Source of the DNA: Anthoceros angustus
Taxonomy: Eukaryota; Plantae; Anthocerotophyta
Direction: 5' to 3'
Assembly: GCA_010909165.1 (NCBI GenBank)
Contig: VJWM01000435.1
Coordinates: forward strand, 1 to 7,446
Length of the DNA stretch: 7,446 nt
Each line of letters opens with the position of its first letter. Positions within the stretch are counted from its first letter, which is position 1. The notes under the pieces are model-generated. The model ran no database searches and was not told the origin of the DNA. It saw only the letters and a program-made list of their open reading frames with translations. Made by a program: the position numbers and the translations under genes. Shown in pieces: positions 7,026 through 7,446 of the stretch.

Positions 7026-7446
7026 ATGAAACGACCCCACAGGAAACTTGGAGGCCTAGCCACGGTTTCCCACAAAGTGTTAGACCATCTTGGCCTAGAA
7101 AAACAAACAACTACTTAACGTCCCACCGGTGAGCAGCTTGTCCAGCTGATGGTGGTTACGCAGGAGGAGGAATGGCGTCATCTTCTAGATCCTCATCATC
7201 GATGGGTCTTCTTGTGCCTCTGTTTAATCGTAATCTCATGGCGGCTTGAATCCAAAGAGGCATCAACTTTGTTCTTCCACAAAGCACGTGCATCGAAAGC
7301 GGCAGGACGCCATCTGTCGGCATCCATGTCTCTCTGTAAGCTTCACAGGTGGGGTAATTGAAAACGGCAGCTCAGTGTAGATGTGTGGTGGCGAGCCTCT
7401 GAGGCAGGTTGAAAGCATTCTTCTCCTCTCGAGTCCAAGCACGATC

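Noticed and set aside
7078-7088. TGTTAGACCAT as the start of the 3' LTR (10/11 match to 1592-1602)
   Set aside because: No polypurine tract precedes it and similarity does not extend. TGTTAGA also occurs at 497.
7410-7446. WTREEKNAF on the - strand as a Myb/SANT repeat
   Set aside because: Only one short motif at the window edge, with no following conserved Trp/aromatic spacing. Not supportable without more sequence.

Overview
Eukaryotic (most likely land-plant) DNA dominated by a decayed, internally rearranged Ty1/copia LTR retrotransposon. No intact gene is present. On the + strand: a ~200-bp TG...CA LTR candidate (1592-1790), a tRNA-iMet PBS (1791-1802), the gag N-half (~1856-2556), then after a 1.65-kb interruption the gag C-terminus with a CCHC knuckle (4328-4369), protease, integrase, the RT N-terminus (to ~6690) and only the tip of RNase H. 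The RT core (YVDD) and most of RNase H are missing from the + strand copy. Those parts occur inverted inside gag (2550-4230), in permuted order and separated by a CATG-rich spacer. The RNase H tail plus 3' flank occurs twice, as a ~170-180 bp inverted repeat (3588-3767 / 6856-7025). Bases 1-1590 are non-coding: a minus-strand TATA/site II promoter-like module and three tandem-repeat arrays. All protein assignments come from motif recognition by eye, not database searches. The dense small deletions mean a sequencing, assembly or synthetic artefact cannot be excluded.
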